This document shows, in pieces, positions 25,830-39,000 of a stretch of DNA of 64,000 nt (its first letter is position 1; each line of letters starts with the position of its first letter). The position numbers and the translations under genes are program-made. This stretch comes from Phoronis australis (Eukaryota; Animalia; Phoronida), in the NCBI GenBank assembly GCA_002633005.1, contig NMRA01000178.1, positions 7,395 through 71,394 of the forward strand, read 5' to 3'. The notes beneath the pieces are model-generated. The model had not been told where the DNA came from and searched no databases. It was given only the letters and a program-made list of their open reading frames with translations.

Positions 25830-26660
25830 TGAACACCTCAGGGGAGACCATTCTCGTATCTCGTATAAAGTAAACAACTGCTGCATGTACTGTTTCGCTA
25901 GAAATAGCAAAATGTTACATAGAAAATCACGTGTCTCAAAAAGTCCAATAATAACACGTTCGTAAGAGAGACAGTTGGGAAGCTGAATGAGACACTTTTG
26001 ATGTAGTTTTCTGAATTCCTTCTAAAAATCTTGTACAGAGCGACATTCTCAAAAAAGGTGTGACATCGCCTCTGGGGCTGAATGGAATATAAATTAGAAT
26101 CCTGAACTTGGATCTTGACAAAAATATTATTTTGCAATAATCCTATGTAATACTCTATATTGGAACCATCTAACATTGAGATCTGATCCTTTGTATTTTC
26201 GTAAGACAATGTGTACATTTTTTCCAATCTAAACTATCTCCTAACTCTATTCACTCATTTACACTCAGACTTAGAAGGATTCTTAATGTTAAATAGAACA
26301 AATATGTCTACAATCCTTCACATCTTACCGTAGGTGAGCAATTGCTAAAGGCATGTAAGGAGAATAGAAATTAACACTTAATTTAATTTGAAATTTTGAA
26401 ACTTTTTTAGAATAGCAACAACATCATTATATCCCACGAAGTTGGTTTTTACATCAAACACATTTGCTATATGGTCTAAACTAACGAAATCGCCATCAGA
26501 GGTACACATATCTCTGATAAATCTTAAGACTTTTACAAACCAAGACTTATAAAAAACACTTCTGTCTCCGATCACCAACTTACCACAAAGGTTGATTTAG
26601 AAAGTCTCCCTTACTTGAAAACAATTATTTTCTAATAGAAAGACGCCATACTTGCAAATA
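25830..26660 (-). mobile_element. L1/Tx1-clade non-LTR retrotransposon, decayed C-terminal part of ORF2
   Basis: VIGDRSVFYKSWF...FIRDM...GDFVSL and a decayed zf-RVT-like tail (EKMYTLSYENTKD, KIQVQDSNL). Stops and frameshifts present. Confidence 0.65.
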
Positions 26661-26667
26661 CGTCGCC

Positions 26668-26673
26668 CACACA

Positions 26674-26715
<42 letters not shown>

Positions 26716-26748
26716 CAAACACACACACACACACACAAACATATACAC
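26668..26748. repeat. (CA)n microsatellite
   Basis: CA run at the start of duplication unit C. Confidence 0.95.
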
Positions 26749-27259
26749 TTAGCTTCGCAATTACGATTAATTTTACGAAAGTTACGTAAACATACCTGTT
26801 AGTAGGGTCTGGACTATTCAGTTATGTTCACACAAAAACACTCAGAGACGAAAATACCTTTTTTCAGTAAAATACTGTAACATAACTTTATCTTGTTGAA
26901 AAACTCCTGACGTGCAGCCTGATAGGCTGTCGTAAGAGGGTTGAAATGACATCCAGCCCGGGTCACAGGTCAGTGGGTGTACAGACTTACTAGTATAATT
27001 GTCGGGTTTGTTGACTAATTTCGCCGAGAAATTGCTGGTTGTCAGAAACCGTACCTCAAGAGTTTCGCACGATAAACAACAAAAAAAATGAAAATGAAGC
27101 TATAAAATTAGATTTTATTTTAAAACTACGACACTCGATCAAACCTCAGTCGAGCAGACAGCTGGTAATTTACAGTGCAAACTTTCCCACCTAGTCTCGG
27201 GGTCGCAAGCTTCGAATAATAGCATTTATAGACCACGTGCGGGAGTTGGCATTCCAGAG

Positions 27260-29320
27260 CAGGGCCAGAGGAAACGGGGGGCCGGGGAGGCACGGCCCCC
27301 CAAAATAAAAAAATTCAGGGCGTCAGGGTTAAACCGTGGCAACCGACGCGTGGGGCGGGGACAGTTGAGAAAAGAAAGACTGCTAAATGCGGATAAGAGA
27401 GAAAACTCAAGAGAACATTTTACAACTCTGTATCAGTGCATGGTTTACATTTTGAGGACCCTGGCCATGACATGGTTGTTGGGGTCTCCGCTTTCACAGC
27501 ACAGGTCGTCTAAATGCAGTTGGAAACGTGCACGTAATCATTCATACACACATTTCGAAAATTCGAGAAAATTTGTAAAGCGAAGCTTTTGCGGAGCGTA
27601 TTATTTTACTGGATTTTTAAATTCAATACGACTGCAAAACCATATTTTTCCAGAGGCCCCTCTATGGCAAAGGATAACGGAGACGACAGTCGCTTTTTTC
27701 TCGAATGGTATATCACTTGAGAAAAGTTGATGACCTGACACATATCAATTTCTTCACATTTCTTGATTTTTGAAAATAAAGATATTTGTACATAGAGGGC
27801 CCCCACGTCGGAAGGAGGCCATTGATGACATTCAAGTGATCACAGTTTTTATATTTCTGTTGAAAAATTCTCGAGGGTAAGCTCACGGAGAGAGGACCCA
27901 ATGTTGGATTCGATTACATCTATTTTCCTGTTTTTTGTGAAATCGTGCAACCAACAATCATGGTGAAGAAGGTCACTTCCTGCACCGTCGTCTGACCACA
28001 CGACGGTGGAATGAACTGTCACTCTTTTCCAAGCTTAATGATGTTTAGATTTTCATAATGAAGGTGTCCCATTTCAGACGGGACCCTCTCTCGGTGGAGC
28101 AGTTCGGAGAAATGTCCCTTTGTCCCTCTATACATGTAAATCCGACACTGTCAACTATTCACGAGGGAAGTTGTGAATGAAAAATTCACTAAAAAAACAA
28201 ACACAAAACACTCATACACAGCACAGCAGTATCAAGACATTGGACCCAAAGAACCAAAAAAATTGAAAAAATACAATAGGATTGGCCGCCATCGTAAGGG
28301 AGTCAAAAATCTTAAAGAACGTGAAAAACGTTGTTTTTAAATTACACAAAAGGACTACTTCCAATGATTAGTTATAAAATAATGTTACTGTTTCCCATAT
28401 TATCACAATTATAGTGTCTCTTTTGAAGATGGTTACTAAGAGTTGTTTGTAAGGAATTCCCACATGTGGAAAACACTGCTGTCGAGGCTAACATTGGGGA
28501 GACCGTGTACATGTCGAACGACTGTACCCAAATACTCGCAATAATAAACAAATTAAACAAATATTGCAGCGTTTTTTTTTTTTGAGGTCAAGTTAAATTC
28601 GTCAACCTTTATCGATACCTCGGAAAGAGCAAAACTACACCTCACTATGAATGCCCAATCTCCCATATTCCCCCGGTTACCCGTCAAAAGTCTGTCAACA
28701 TCCATGCAGAAACTGTTTACAACATTCCGTTTTGATTAACAAATTCGTTGGTTTCTGATATACATCTTTATGAATCTACCAAAAACCGACAGGTTAATAG
28801 GTGATTTTTGGCAACTAGAAGCTAATCTTTTAAGAAATGATGACGATTCTGGGAATTAAGTTGAAGCCTGAATACGGAAAAAACTGTAATCCGATCCCCA
28901 AGTCCTAAAATGTTCTCACAATTCAAATGACAATAAATTGTTTGTTGCCTTAGGAACTAGATTACTGGGTTTAAGATTACAAACTGTTGACAAAAAACGA
29001 AGTTTAGGTACTTAAATAAATAAAATTAAACTTATTGGTCATCAATTTGGAAAGGTTGTCTTTGAACTTCCTAGATGTTTTTTTTTCCATTAGTATTGCG
29101 GAATGAATTTTTGTTCTTCAAAACTGAATTGTTTGCTTGCATTTCCCGCGCATACTACACACAGGGCATTCGCGCATCCAGCCTAAAATTAAGGGGGGGC
29201 TCGAATTTTTGAGGATGTGGACCTTATAGTAACGAAAAAACAAATACGGGGTTCGTTCAGGGCTATGAATTGTACATAGCCCGTAACCTGCCTTTTTAGT
29301 GGACTTTTGTCTCGTTTTTA
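27260..29320 (+). mobile_element. Paralogous copy of the 4313-6363 repeat, carried in the segmental duplication
   Basis: Near-colinear with 4313-6270 and shares the left flank ggcattccagag. Confidence 0.7.
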
Positions 29321-30424
29321 TCGNAAGTGTGTACATTTTTGTGACACACTCTGTATCATTTTCTCCAGCAACCTGAAAGTGGACTACCGCCTGTGTTTCA
29401 TCAAGAGATTCTGAAACGGCCACAAAGGCACTCATACCAAGCACCTCGGGACCTCACCTTTCCAAAATTTACTTCAGTATAAAATGAAGTTATTATAAAA
29501 TGAAGTTTTCCCGAAAATGGATCATAATAAAAGGAACCTTGATCTTCGACCCACCTATAGTTACTTCAGGCAGCTCCCAGCTACCCGTCAGTGCGCTCGG
29601 GGCATAGACGCATTCTTACTCTCCGTGAATCTGTGTTGGTTTTTTGGTTCACGGTTACTCCAATCCTGATGGCTGCATCCCCTCTATTTCCCCCACCTGT
29701 GGCGGACGCGGAGGGTGGGGTTTGGTACAAATATTGTGACATCCAGAGAATGGGGGGCGTGACGATGACAACTTATTAAAGGGGGTCGGTTGGCGTAGTC
29801 AGATTGGTTTGTGCCCCCCAATAATTTTTTCCTTCCTGCGGGTCTGCAGAGCTAGCGGTCTATGCAAAGGTACCGAATCCCATTCCTCCTGGACGTACAT
29901 CATGCCATCGAGATGTATAGTCACTCACCCGTTCAAAACGAAAGCAAAAAAAAATCCGTCGGTGGGTACATGAAAACCCTGAGACGGGTGAGTTGAGAGC
30001 AAGGTAGAAGGCTGGACGGTATGCTACTGTTGCACGGGCGGTGGCACTCGGTTTTCCCGCACAATCCCCTCGAGTTCGTAGCACGTGAATTAAGGTAGAA
30101 CCTTAGAAAAATATCCAAATTTGGCGAAATTAGGACACGAACCAATTCGTAGTTTCAGGTTGACTACACAGACTTCTCGATAAGATCATAGACTAATAAC
30201 CATAACATTCAGTGAACTAATTACCTTCATTAACCTTTTGTAGTACCTAGGGAACTACCTTTACCTTTTTTTAACAATTCGGAAGAGAAACGAACTGATA
30301 CCGTGATGTTATCGTACAGGCCGATAAAAGCAAACTCTGGCCTGTTTCTGATTTGGCCTCACTATAGCCAGCGAAATAGCAGAATGGGGTAGTATTCCAT
30401 GACAGTGCGTACGTTATGCGAAGA

Positions 30425-30445
30425 AGTGAAAGTGAAACCGAAACT
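30425..30445 (+). promoter_or_regulatory. Tandem IRF/ISRE-like element upstream of gene C
   Basis: AGTGAAAGTGAAACCGAAACT, identical to 7353-7373. Confidence 0.6.
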
Positions 30446-30606
30446 CCGCTGTGTCGTGAGAACGACACTTGCTTATGCAAATGAATTTAATTAACGCCAA
30501 AAGCATTAGAACTGTTTCGGCGGCGGTAGTGACCGCACGTACTGTTCCCCTACAAACTGCATGATAAGAACAATTATTATCTCTCTCATTCTCAGGTGTG
30601 ATGTAA

Positions 30607-33600
30607 CAGTGGCGGATCTAGGATATCACAAGGGGGCCAACATTTTGTCTGAAAGCATTTGCGCAAAGCACGATTAGATGCGCATAGCACCGAATAGGGG
30701 GAAGTCGGGAGGGGGGCAAAGGAAAATTTTTCTGTTTTACCCTCTAAAAATCAAGCATTTTCCTTGATTCCTGAAGTACTATCCAAGAAAAAAGGCAAAA
30801 AAAAGAAAAGAAAAATGGAAAACGTGGCAAACATGAAAAACTGCAAGTACTACAGACTCGAGCTCACGACCTGACGGATAAAACCCGCGTGCTTACCACT
30901 GCAACACCACGATTTCACTCATACTTTGATAATTAAAGACCTACTTGTTTATGGTCCACAGCGTTTGCGCGCGAAATCTACTTCTTTTTGTAATGCTTAT
31001 TACACTTTTATATTTTGTCCAATCAGTTTGTAACAAATTTGTTGTATTTAAAATAGTCTTCAATTGCCCAAAAGGCCAAATCTGTTTTTTGTGTGTTGGC
31101 ATTAATGACGCGATTGCTTTGGAAATCGTCTTAAGTTAAGGTTTGACAAAGAGAGAATTATGAGTTTCTGAGTGATTCACTCAGGCTTCGATTGAAATTC
31201 ACATCTTCCCAGCAGCTTCTGTTTTTTCATCGTCACTCAGATTCCATTTTCTTTAAAAAATGAAGTAATGAGGCTATTCGGAAAATTTACTTTAACAAGA
31301 GGGGGCGCGTGTACTAGTGGTAATAGATTAACAGCCTCGATTTCGCGAGCCCTTTAAATACATGGTGAAATGGCTTGTAGGCGTGCCAGCTGAATCTGAG
31401 ATTGCGTAAAAAGGGTGCTTCTATGAGATAAAGTAAGCACGACTTTATACAAAGGTAAGATTTGTGATTATTTTAACGATTATTCCATCTTTATTCTACT
31501 GATGCCTGTTAACTGCGATACTCGCCGATGTCGACTTCGCGGCAGTCTCCAGTCGGGTTAATCTTTGTTTGTTGTGATGCGTGTTACTATACTTGACGTA
31601 GCACTCGGGATGTTTGCGTACATCAAAGCAGTATTATTGTTTGGAATGATTTCTAACAGGTTTATCAGTGACAGTTACATCAGTGAATGCTGAATGTTTA
31701 ACTCGATATTGGTTTGTCAGATTACAATCCAAGCCCAATGCCATGGCAAAGGGTAGGTAAATATCCATTACACTATTTGTTTACTCCCTACCCTATGTCT
31801 TCCGGATATTTATTACACGTTGAAATGAAAATCTATCATGTCTGTTTTCACGTGACCTTTGGTTTTTAGGTTTGAGGGCTTGTACCGTGCAGAGGAGATA
31901 TGCATCGCTTCTGCATCGACCCTGAATGGACAAAAATTGGTTTTAAGCAGTTGACTGCAGCTAATCAGCAAGATCTTCTCATCCAGTGCAGATCTGTTGT
32001 TAAAGCCTACATTCTTCATTGGAGACAACGAACAAGCTTTGTTACTCCTTTCTGTTCCCACAGCATTTTCACACAACATTAGTGCTGCATGGCACAATGT
32101 ACATGTCAGTGGCCCTGATGAAATGTGAATCGCAGAACGAAGTTACCATAAGACAACGTGTGTTTGTGTATGAAGAGGAACTATATCTGACTGCTACACA
32201 AGTCAGCCTCGTTGGTGAGGATGGCCTTTCATAGGCAATAAGTCGTGTGTGGACAATAGCTTATTTCCTTTCATGGAAGAAGCATGTTGGATTGAAGCTA
32301 AAGAAGACATAGTGACACTCTGGTCTATATCAGGGTCAGATTTTGGGAACAAAACGAGTCAAGTGATATGCTGTTGTGTTTACCTTCAAGGATCTAATTG
32401 AGGCTGAATGAGGTTACCTGGAGGAAAGCCACGTGTCGAAACTGGACCTTTTTTACAAGCGCTTCTATAGGCTATTGAAACTAGATCTCTGTGAAATGAA
32501 AACCAAAAGCATCTGGTATAAATACCTGTCCTTTCTCACTGAGTGACATTAACTTTTCCTTTCAGAAGAAAGGCTTTATACTAATGGTATAAACTTTTCA
32601 GTTTGGTTCACATTATGGTTAAATGACATTCAGTGACTGCATCGATTGTCTTATTGTCAGTAGAAAGCCCGTTCACTTTGATGATCGAATAAATTTTTCA
32701 TCAACAGGCAAGTTTGTCACAGTATTTCCTCAGTTTTAAAGCTCCACACAGTGCAGTTGTGCTTATTCTTTGTAAAGCTGAAATGATTAGCGATTACGCT
32801 TGCGAATTGTCGTTTTCCTGTTGACCTCTAGAAATGTGCAGCGATCAAAATGAAGTATTCCGTTTGTTTGCATTTGATTTGTTTGTGTGTGTAATTGTTT
32901 TTAGAGCTTTCTTAGGAAGGCCTTTAAACAATTTTAAGTTTTGTGTTAGCTTGTCCACAACAAAAGTTCCACTTGCAAGAAAAGTATATAAAGAAACAAC
33001 ATTGTTAAAAACAATTGTAATTTTCCCACGCAATGGAGTCCATAATCAGGCATATCAAGGGCTAAATTTCTGAATTAGGTTCAATTCTCTCAGGTTAATG
33101 CTGAAGGATTGCTTTACACTTTGTCCAAAGGTAAAATAGACGGTCAGGCGGCTGGTTTCAGTCGTTTTCTCTCACCTGTAACAGAATAGTCAGAGAAATA
33201 TTAACAAATTATAAAAGAAAACACAAGACAAATTAGTAAGGCAGAACATACTTGACGTTTCGTCTTCATGTTTATATGTAGAAACTAATAATCTTTGTAC
33301 CCAAGTCTTATTTAAGATCTGAATTAAACTAATATGTAAAACAGGCTTAAAGTGATTTTATAATGTGTATTTTTCACGACACCTAAAATGTGCATCTGAC
33401 CTCAACAAGTAAAATTCATTCTAGGTGTCAATTTTTATTCCAATGCAATGTTATGACGTTTACTGAATAGCTTATTCATGTTAACTCAGTAACTAATCTG
33501 ATAGTCCTGGGGGTGGAGTCCGCCATAAGATAAGGAAACTCACTCGTCTAGAGAATTTTATTGGACATAGCATAGCTTTGAAGAGAAACTGCTGTGAAAA

Positions 33601-34469
33601 AGTCACCCTTGACTTCTGAGCGTCACGTACCATACACCTCTTATATTGGGCGCATTCCCACCCCTGTAGGACAATATGTGAATAATATATCTGCTGCTAG
33701 CCTAACCGGCATCCGTGTCCTGGGTGAGTTTTCGAAAAGAAACACTTAGTTCCATTCAATAAACCCGTTATTCAGTGGGGGTAACTGGTGGGGATAACAT
33801 CACCGAACGATGTCGATAGAAACTTGATTGCTAAAAACTTACCAAGTTACGTTATGTAGTCTCCCAAAGGGGCTTCGGCATCCACACACTTTTTGTCAGT
33901 TGGTTGATCGCAATGCTCCACGAATGGTGTTTTGGTAATTTGTGACCACCTGTCGAAGACTTGCACCAGGGAAAATAGCAATAATGAGGCTTTACGCGAC
34001 GACGTATTTTGATAATAATCCGTCTTTTTACCAGCTGTTTACATGCAGACAGCGACGCATGCGCAATTCAATAACAACTAGTACAGCAGCGACACCGCGA
34101 GGAGAATTCTCCGAATACCCCCCATTTTCTTCATTGCACAGTGAAGCAGACGACGGAAACAGAGTCGCAGTACGGAGCGCCACTGCCGTTCGCCTGGGAT
34201 ATCGCGGGAGAGTCTATACTTAGCTATAATTTCGTTACGATTGAGCCGTGTTCCGAATTTGACACTTGAAATTGGAACTGAGACCCCCCCCCCCAAACAC
34301 ACTAAAAATGCACACATTTAAATCTTGTTTCCGCCGTATAATTTTAATTACTGGGTTTAATTAATAAATTCAACATTTCCCTACGCTCTTGCTGTTTTAT
34401 TTTTTGCGACAGCCAAGGAGGGGGGCTCGGGCCCCCTGCCTCCTCCCTACCCCCCTAAATTCGCCTATG
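30607..34469 (+). mobile_element. TIR DNA transposon (hAT-like termini, 5-bp TSD tgtaa) carrying a nested insertion
   Basis: tgtaa|CAGTGGCGGATCTAGG ... CCTAAATTCGCCTATG|tgtaa. Empty site gtaatgtaacacctg at about 7554. Confidence 0.85.
31270..34123. mobile_element. Nested TIR element with apparent 2-bp AT TSD (ISL2EU/Harbinger-like, tentative)
   Basis: Left end GAGGCTATTCGGAAAATT; right end reverse complement GGGGGTATTCGGAGAATT. Interrupts gaagtaattttcttcattg, which is contiguous in the copy at 2295-2313. Confidence 0.65.
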
Positions 34470-36095
34470 TGTAACACCTTTAGCTGTGCGGTAATTGGTG
34501 CTCTACGCTGCATTCACGATTATTTTGCCGTATGCAATACAAGTAGGATATGCCACTGTTTAGTTTTGTCCCGAGTCGTTTCACAATCTGTCGAACNTGG
34601 TCTCACGTTGGCCCGACTCAGAGCTGAAATGGTTTCAGCTTTTTTGGCTGAATCAGATTTAAAATTGGAAATCTAAATTTGAGTTGGTTCGTGCCTTCGA
34701 ATTTCAGCTACAGGTGAAGTTTTTCACTGTTCATGGGTCATACATAATACTAAAATAATTGTGTTAACACTCGGGTCGTTTCGGTTTGTGAGAAACGAGG
34801 TTAGTCGAGCAGCCAGGAAAGAACTACAAAAGATTTATGACACGATTTAGTAAGTCTCGTAGGACTGTGAATGTACTCCTCCTGTCGCCGTGCTGTTAAT
34901 GCTATGCCTGTCACTGCAATACGCGTATGTGAATTTTCGGTCGCCTGGGGGCTGATCACGTGGATAGAACATTGGAACGTATGCATCTCTCCAATAGCCT
35001 ATAGGTGAGGAACTAGGGGGTTTTGACCTGTAAAAATAGAGTCTACACTCTAGTGGGTGATGAAGCAGTAAAAAATTTCGACAACAACTTGCTGATTTTT
35101 CACGTTTGTTTTACAAGATTTGATATCAAGTCACAGGTCGCTGGCAAATAAAACGTATTTGATTGTTTCTGTTATTATTAGGGACGACTATTGAACTGTA
35201 GCAAACTTTGTCCTTTTCTTCTCTTAGCCGGGTACCGAGTGTTTCACCGTAACATAGCGTTGACTGGCAACAGTGGTCCTTTATTCATTTTCTTCTTCGA
35301 AATACGATATTTTTATGTGTTTCAATGAAATGAGATAAATATAGATTTTTACGTGGCGAAGTCGTTATGTGTCGTAATTTCGTTTTTTATTGAACGTTAG
35401 TGTCATTGTAAAATTGTGTTTTATAGTTTCAAGGGCCCGGTGGTCGCTAAAATATATTCGCGCATGCTCTGTCTGTAGTTTCCTATGCACAATTCGCGCA
35501 TACCGAGTCTGTAATTTCAGTTGTAAAATACTCACATGTCCTGTCCTACTGTTTCCCATGTGTCATTCATGCATGCTCTCTGTTATTCCAATTGTACCAT
35601 TCGCGCATGCCCGTCTGTAGTCCTCCTTTTTATCATTCTCTTATGCCCTGGTAGAGTTCAGTAACTGTCTCGCAGTTAGTAAAATTTAGCCAAAATCATG
35701 TGTTATTTAAAATACGCGGCAACATCTCGCGTAATCTCGTGAAGTCTTGCTTTTAGCGAAGTTGTAGCGTATTTTCTAGAGTTACTGTACTCTTTTTTTG
35801 TCTGTAGTTTCTCTTCTACTATTCGGATATGCCTTATCTATACATTCCATTCTCTCTATATTCCCCTGATGAAGAGTTGTATATATGAGAAAGAATTTGT
35901 AACTTTTATTTGTACGTTCATACTCAAGGTACATTTTATACGATATTTTAGTTGAATTTTGATACGTTAAAAACTAAGTTTAATATATAGTTATTTATAC
36001 GAACACCTTGTGTAAAACAATGCAACAACTGCTGTGTTAAATGACTCGATGAACAGTACTCGATCTCTTTGCACAGGATCTTTCACCAAGTGGAC

Positions 36096-39000
36096 ATGAA
36101 CACGGAAGAACAAAGGAGGCAGCATCGCTTGCTCTTTATGATAGTAGCCAACCACGTGCTCGATAAGCATCTTGAGAAACTGAAGAGCTACTGCATGACT
36201 TGGATTGCGTAAGTTCATTTATTTTGTTTTTTGTTCTAGGTAACATTCGAGGACATGTCCGAATGGTTCTTGGTTGAGAGATACCGAAGCATAGTACGAA
36301 TTTTGAGTAGACCAGTGTTAATTCATCACCCAACGAAGGAGTTCAATGTCCTCAAATCGGTGTACGACCGTTTGCTAATATATAATAAATCCTGCATTCT
36401 CGACAGTCGCTCCTAATCACAAGAGTACATGTACATGTATGCAGACCTAGACATAGCTTCTCACGAGAAAAACAAGATCTTGGAGTTCTTTTCAAAATCA
36501 CGAGAGTGAAGTCGCTTGTTTCTCGAGTATACTGGTTGACGAGGTTGCAGTGTTCAGTTGAATAAGGGATTGTATGAAGTGACTATGTCAAGACTTTTCA
36601 AGGGGAGGGCAACCTACGTTCTTGTGGACTACGAAACAGCCTAGATTACACTATTTTTAATTTACCTGCCATATGAAAGTTACGTCACCAACTAGATAGT
36701 GTGATGTTTTGCATTGGAACCTACTGGAGGTCTTTGTTAATTGGGCAGTTGAATGGAAATAATTTGCATACACTGTATGACCTAGGTGAAAGGTGACGCA
36801 CGAGGTCATTCAAAAGACGATTGTCTGTTGTAGATTTTTGAGTGACGTTATTTAACTTCAGATTTCTGGACTGCGAATATTTATGAAGGCTACGTGACTA
36901 GAATAGAGGGTTTTTTTATAATTGGGTGTGTTTGTTAGAACAATTGCGAGGGTAGCACATTCAAAATTTCTTTGAAAACCTTGCTCGTAAAACTGTACTG
37001 CAAAGCCATGTAATGCATTGCGATATCTCGCAAAGTGTTGCGTGATCATACGTTTTCGCGGTGCTCTAGCGTCTACAGAATGCACGCCTGGTTTCAGTCT
37101 TACGGACTATTGACGGTCTGCACACTCTCTTGGTCTTCCCTCCGCTAACCATATCTGGACGATTAGCAGAAAATGGAGGCTGGGAAGACAAACCTTCCAA
37201 GTATTGTAATTGGGGGTGGGGTGATGTAGGAGCGTGCAAACAGTGGGGTGTCGAGAATGCTCATACCAGGGTATAGACGGGAGAGTGAAATTGGTGAATA
37301 CTGAGGAGGGGCCAAAAGTGACGGGGGAGATGTTGGTCACCCCATCTTCACACGTGCCAATCCAAACTCTCGGTCTCTTTTAAGTGGTCCGTTATTAGCC
37401 TGTCTTAACTTTGTTGTACAGGCCAGCAACACTCCAGAACATTACCACCACTGAAAAACTACTCGACCAATTAGAGATGCACGGTGTTATTGGAATCGGG
37501 AATTACGTCGAGCTGATCAAAATGCTGGAGGTGCACGGACTGCTTGATTTGAAGGCAAAGGTGGAACAGCAGGCAGAACTTGTAGGTAATGAGGATCTTC
37601 ACAGAACCCACAGTCGCACCAATAGTCCGGGAGCCAGGGGCTGAACCTGGATTTGCCGGATAAAGTTTTTTCTTTACTTTTTCATGTAGCCTAGGGTTAA
37701 GTAACCATGATTTAGGGTGGTGACCGTTTGCAACTCTTGATCATTTTTTTAAATATCCAAATTAAGGTCACCATTGTGCAAAATTCTATTTCTGCTTATA
37801 ATTTCCTTACCGAGCACTGCAGCCAAATAATTTTGACGTTTTTACAGCAGACGCGATCTCTGATACAAGGTAGACTGGCAGAAGTTTGTAACATGTTATA
37901 TCGTAACGCATAGAGTGCCCTTAGAGTGTGCAAGATTCAATGATCGCAGAGTAATGAGCGATGTTCCAAAGAGAGGCTTTGTTTCCCATCGAATAACATA
38001 GCCCGGAAAACGATTTCAGGTTATAAATGCCGGTAGTAGTGGACAAGTCAGTCCTGCCTCATTGAAATTTCTTGATTAAACTCTCCAGTTTTAAAATGAA
38101 GGTTTTACAAAATGACAAGTTTTCTACCAACTTCCACGTCTGCTTGCGGTTTCCCTCGATGCCACCTATAAATAGCATTTCCACCTCTTGGTAGGTTTTA
38201 CAGGAAGTACCCCACCACCTCTAAGTACGCCACCTGTAGACAGGGTTGAGAAGCTCACTGACGTCACTGTTACGATGGGTATTTCATCTGGTCCAACAGA
38301 AAAGGTAAGTGATGTTTCAGACACTCTACCATTACAGATGGAAATCCAGTAACTGACTCGGTCACAGCTTGATTCTATGAAGTGCCAAAGGGTCCTTAAG
38401 CAAGTACCTCTCTGCGCCTAGAAATGTGCTTCATCTACGCGTACTTTTAATCAGTTCAATCACGTCCGTGCTCTGAAATTAATTGACTAAGAGCAGAACG
38501 ATGATGGGATCGTTTAACAACTAAAAGTACGCGTATATGAAGCAACAAATACCCTTTGAATTAAAAATACGCCTGGGTTAAGCAAAATCATGCCTAAATT
38601 AAGCAAAAATACTAGTAGATTTAGCAAAAGTACACGCAGATTAAGCAAAATTACTCAGAGATTAAGCAAAAGTACGCATAGATTAAGCAACAATACGCAT
38701 ATATTAAGCACATTTTTACGCGCAAAAAGGCACTCGTTTAAGAATCCTATGGCGCTTCGTATGCTTCCAATTGTACACGACGGAGCGCCGCAGTCGATTG
38801 AGCACAAACTTGTTTGACTGTACTTCTGATTCTTGCCGGCATGAATTATGTTAATAAAAATTGAAGTTTAGAGCGAGTGCTTTTTAATGGCTAACGTCAT
38901 TTAAATTCCAGTTCAGGTTGGATGACGATCAAAAATTACATATAAGATGGGAAGGTCTATGAATTAGTTATTTTTGTTCACAGTTAACCATCAGCCCAGG

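Noticed and set aside
36096-37644. Assigning a symbol such as FADD, CASP8, CFLAR or PEA15
   Set aside because: There is a single DED with no death domain, second DED or caspase domain in the window, and no specific orthology evidence.
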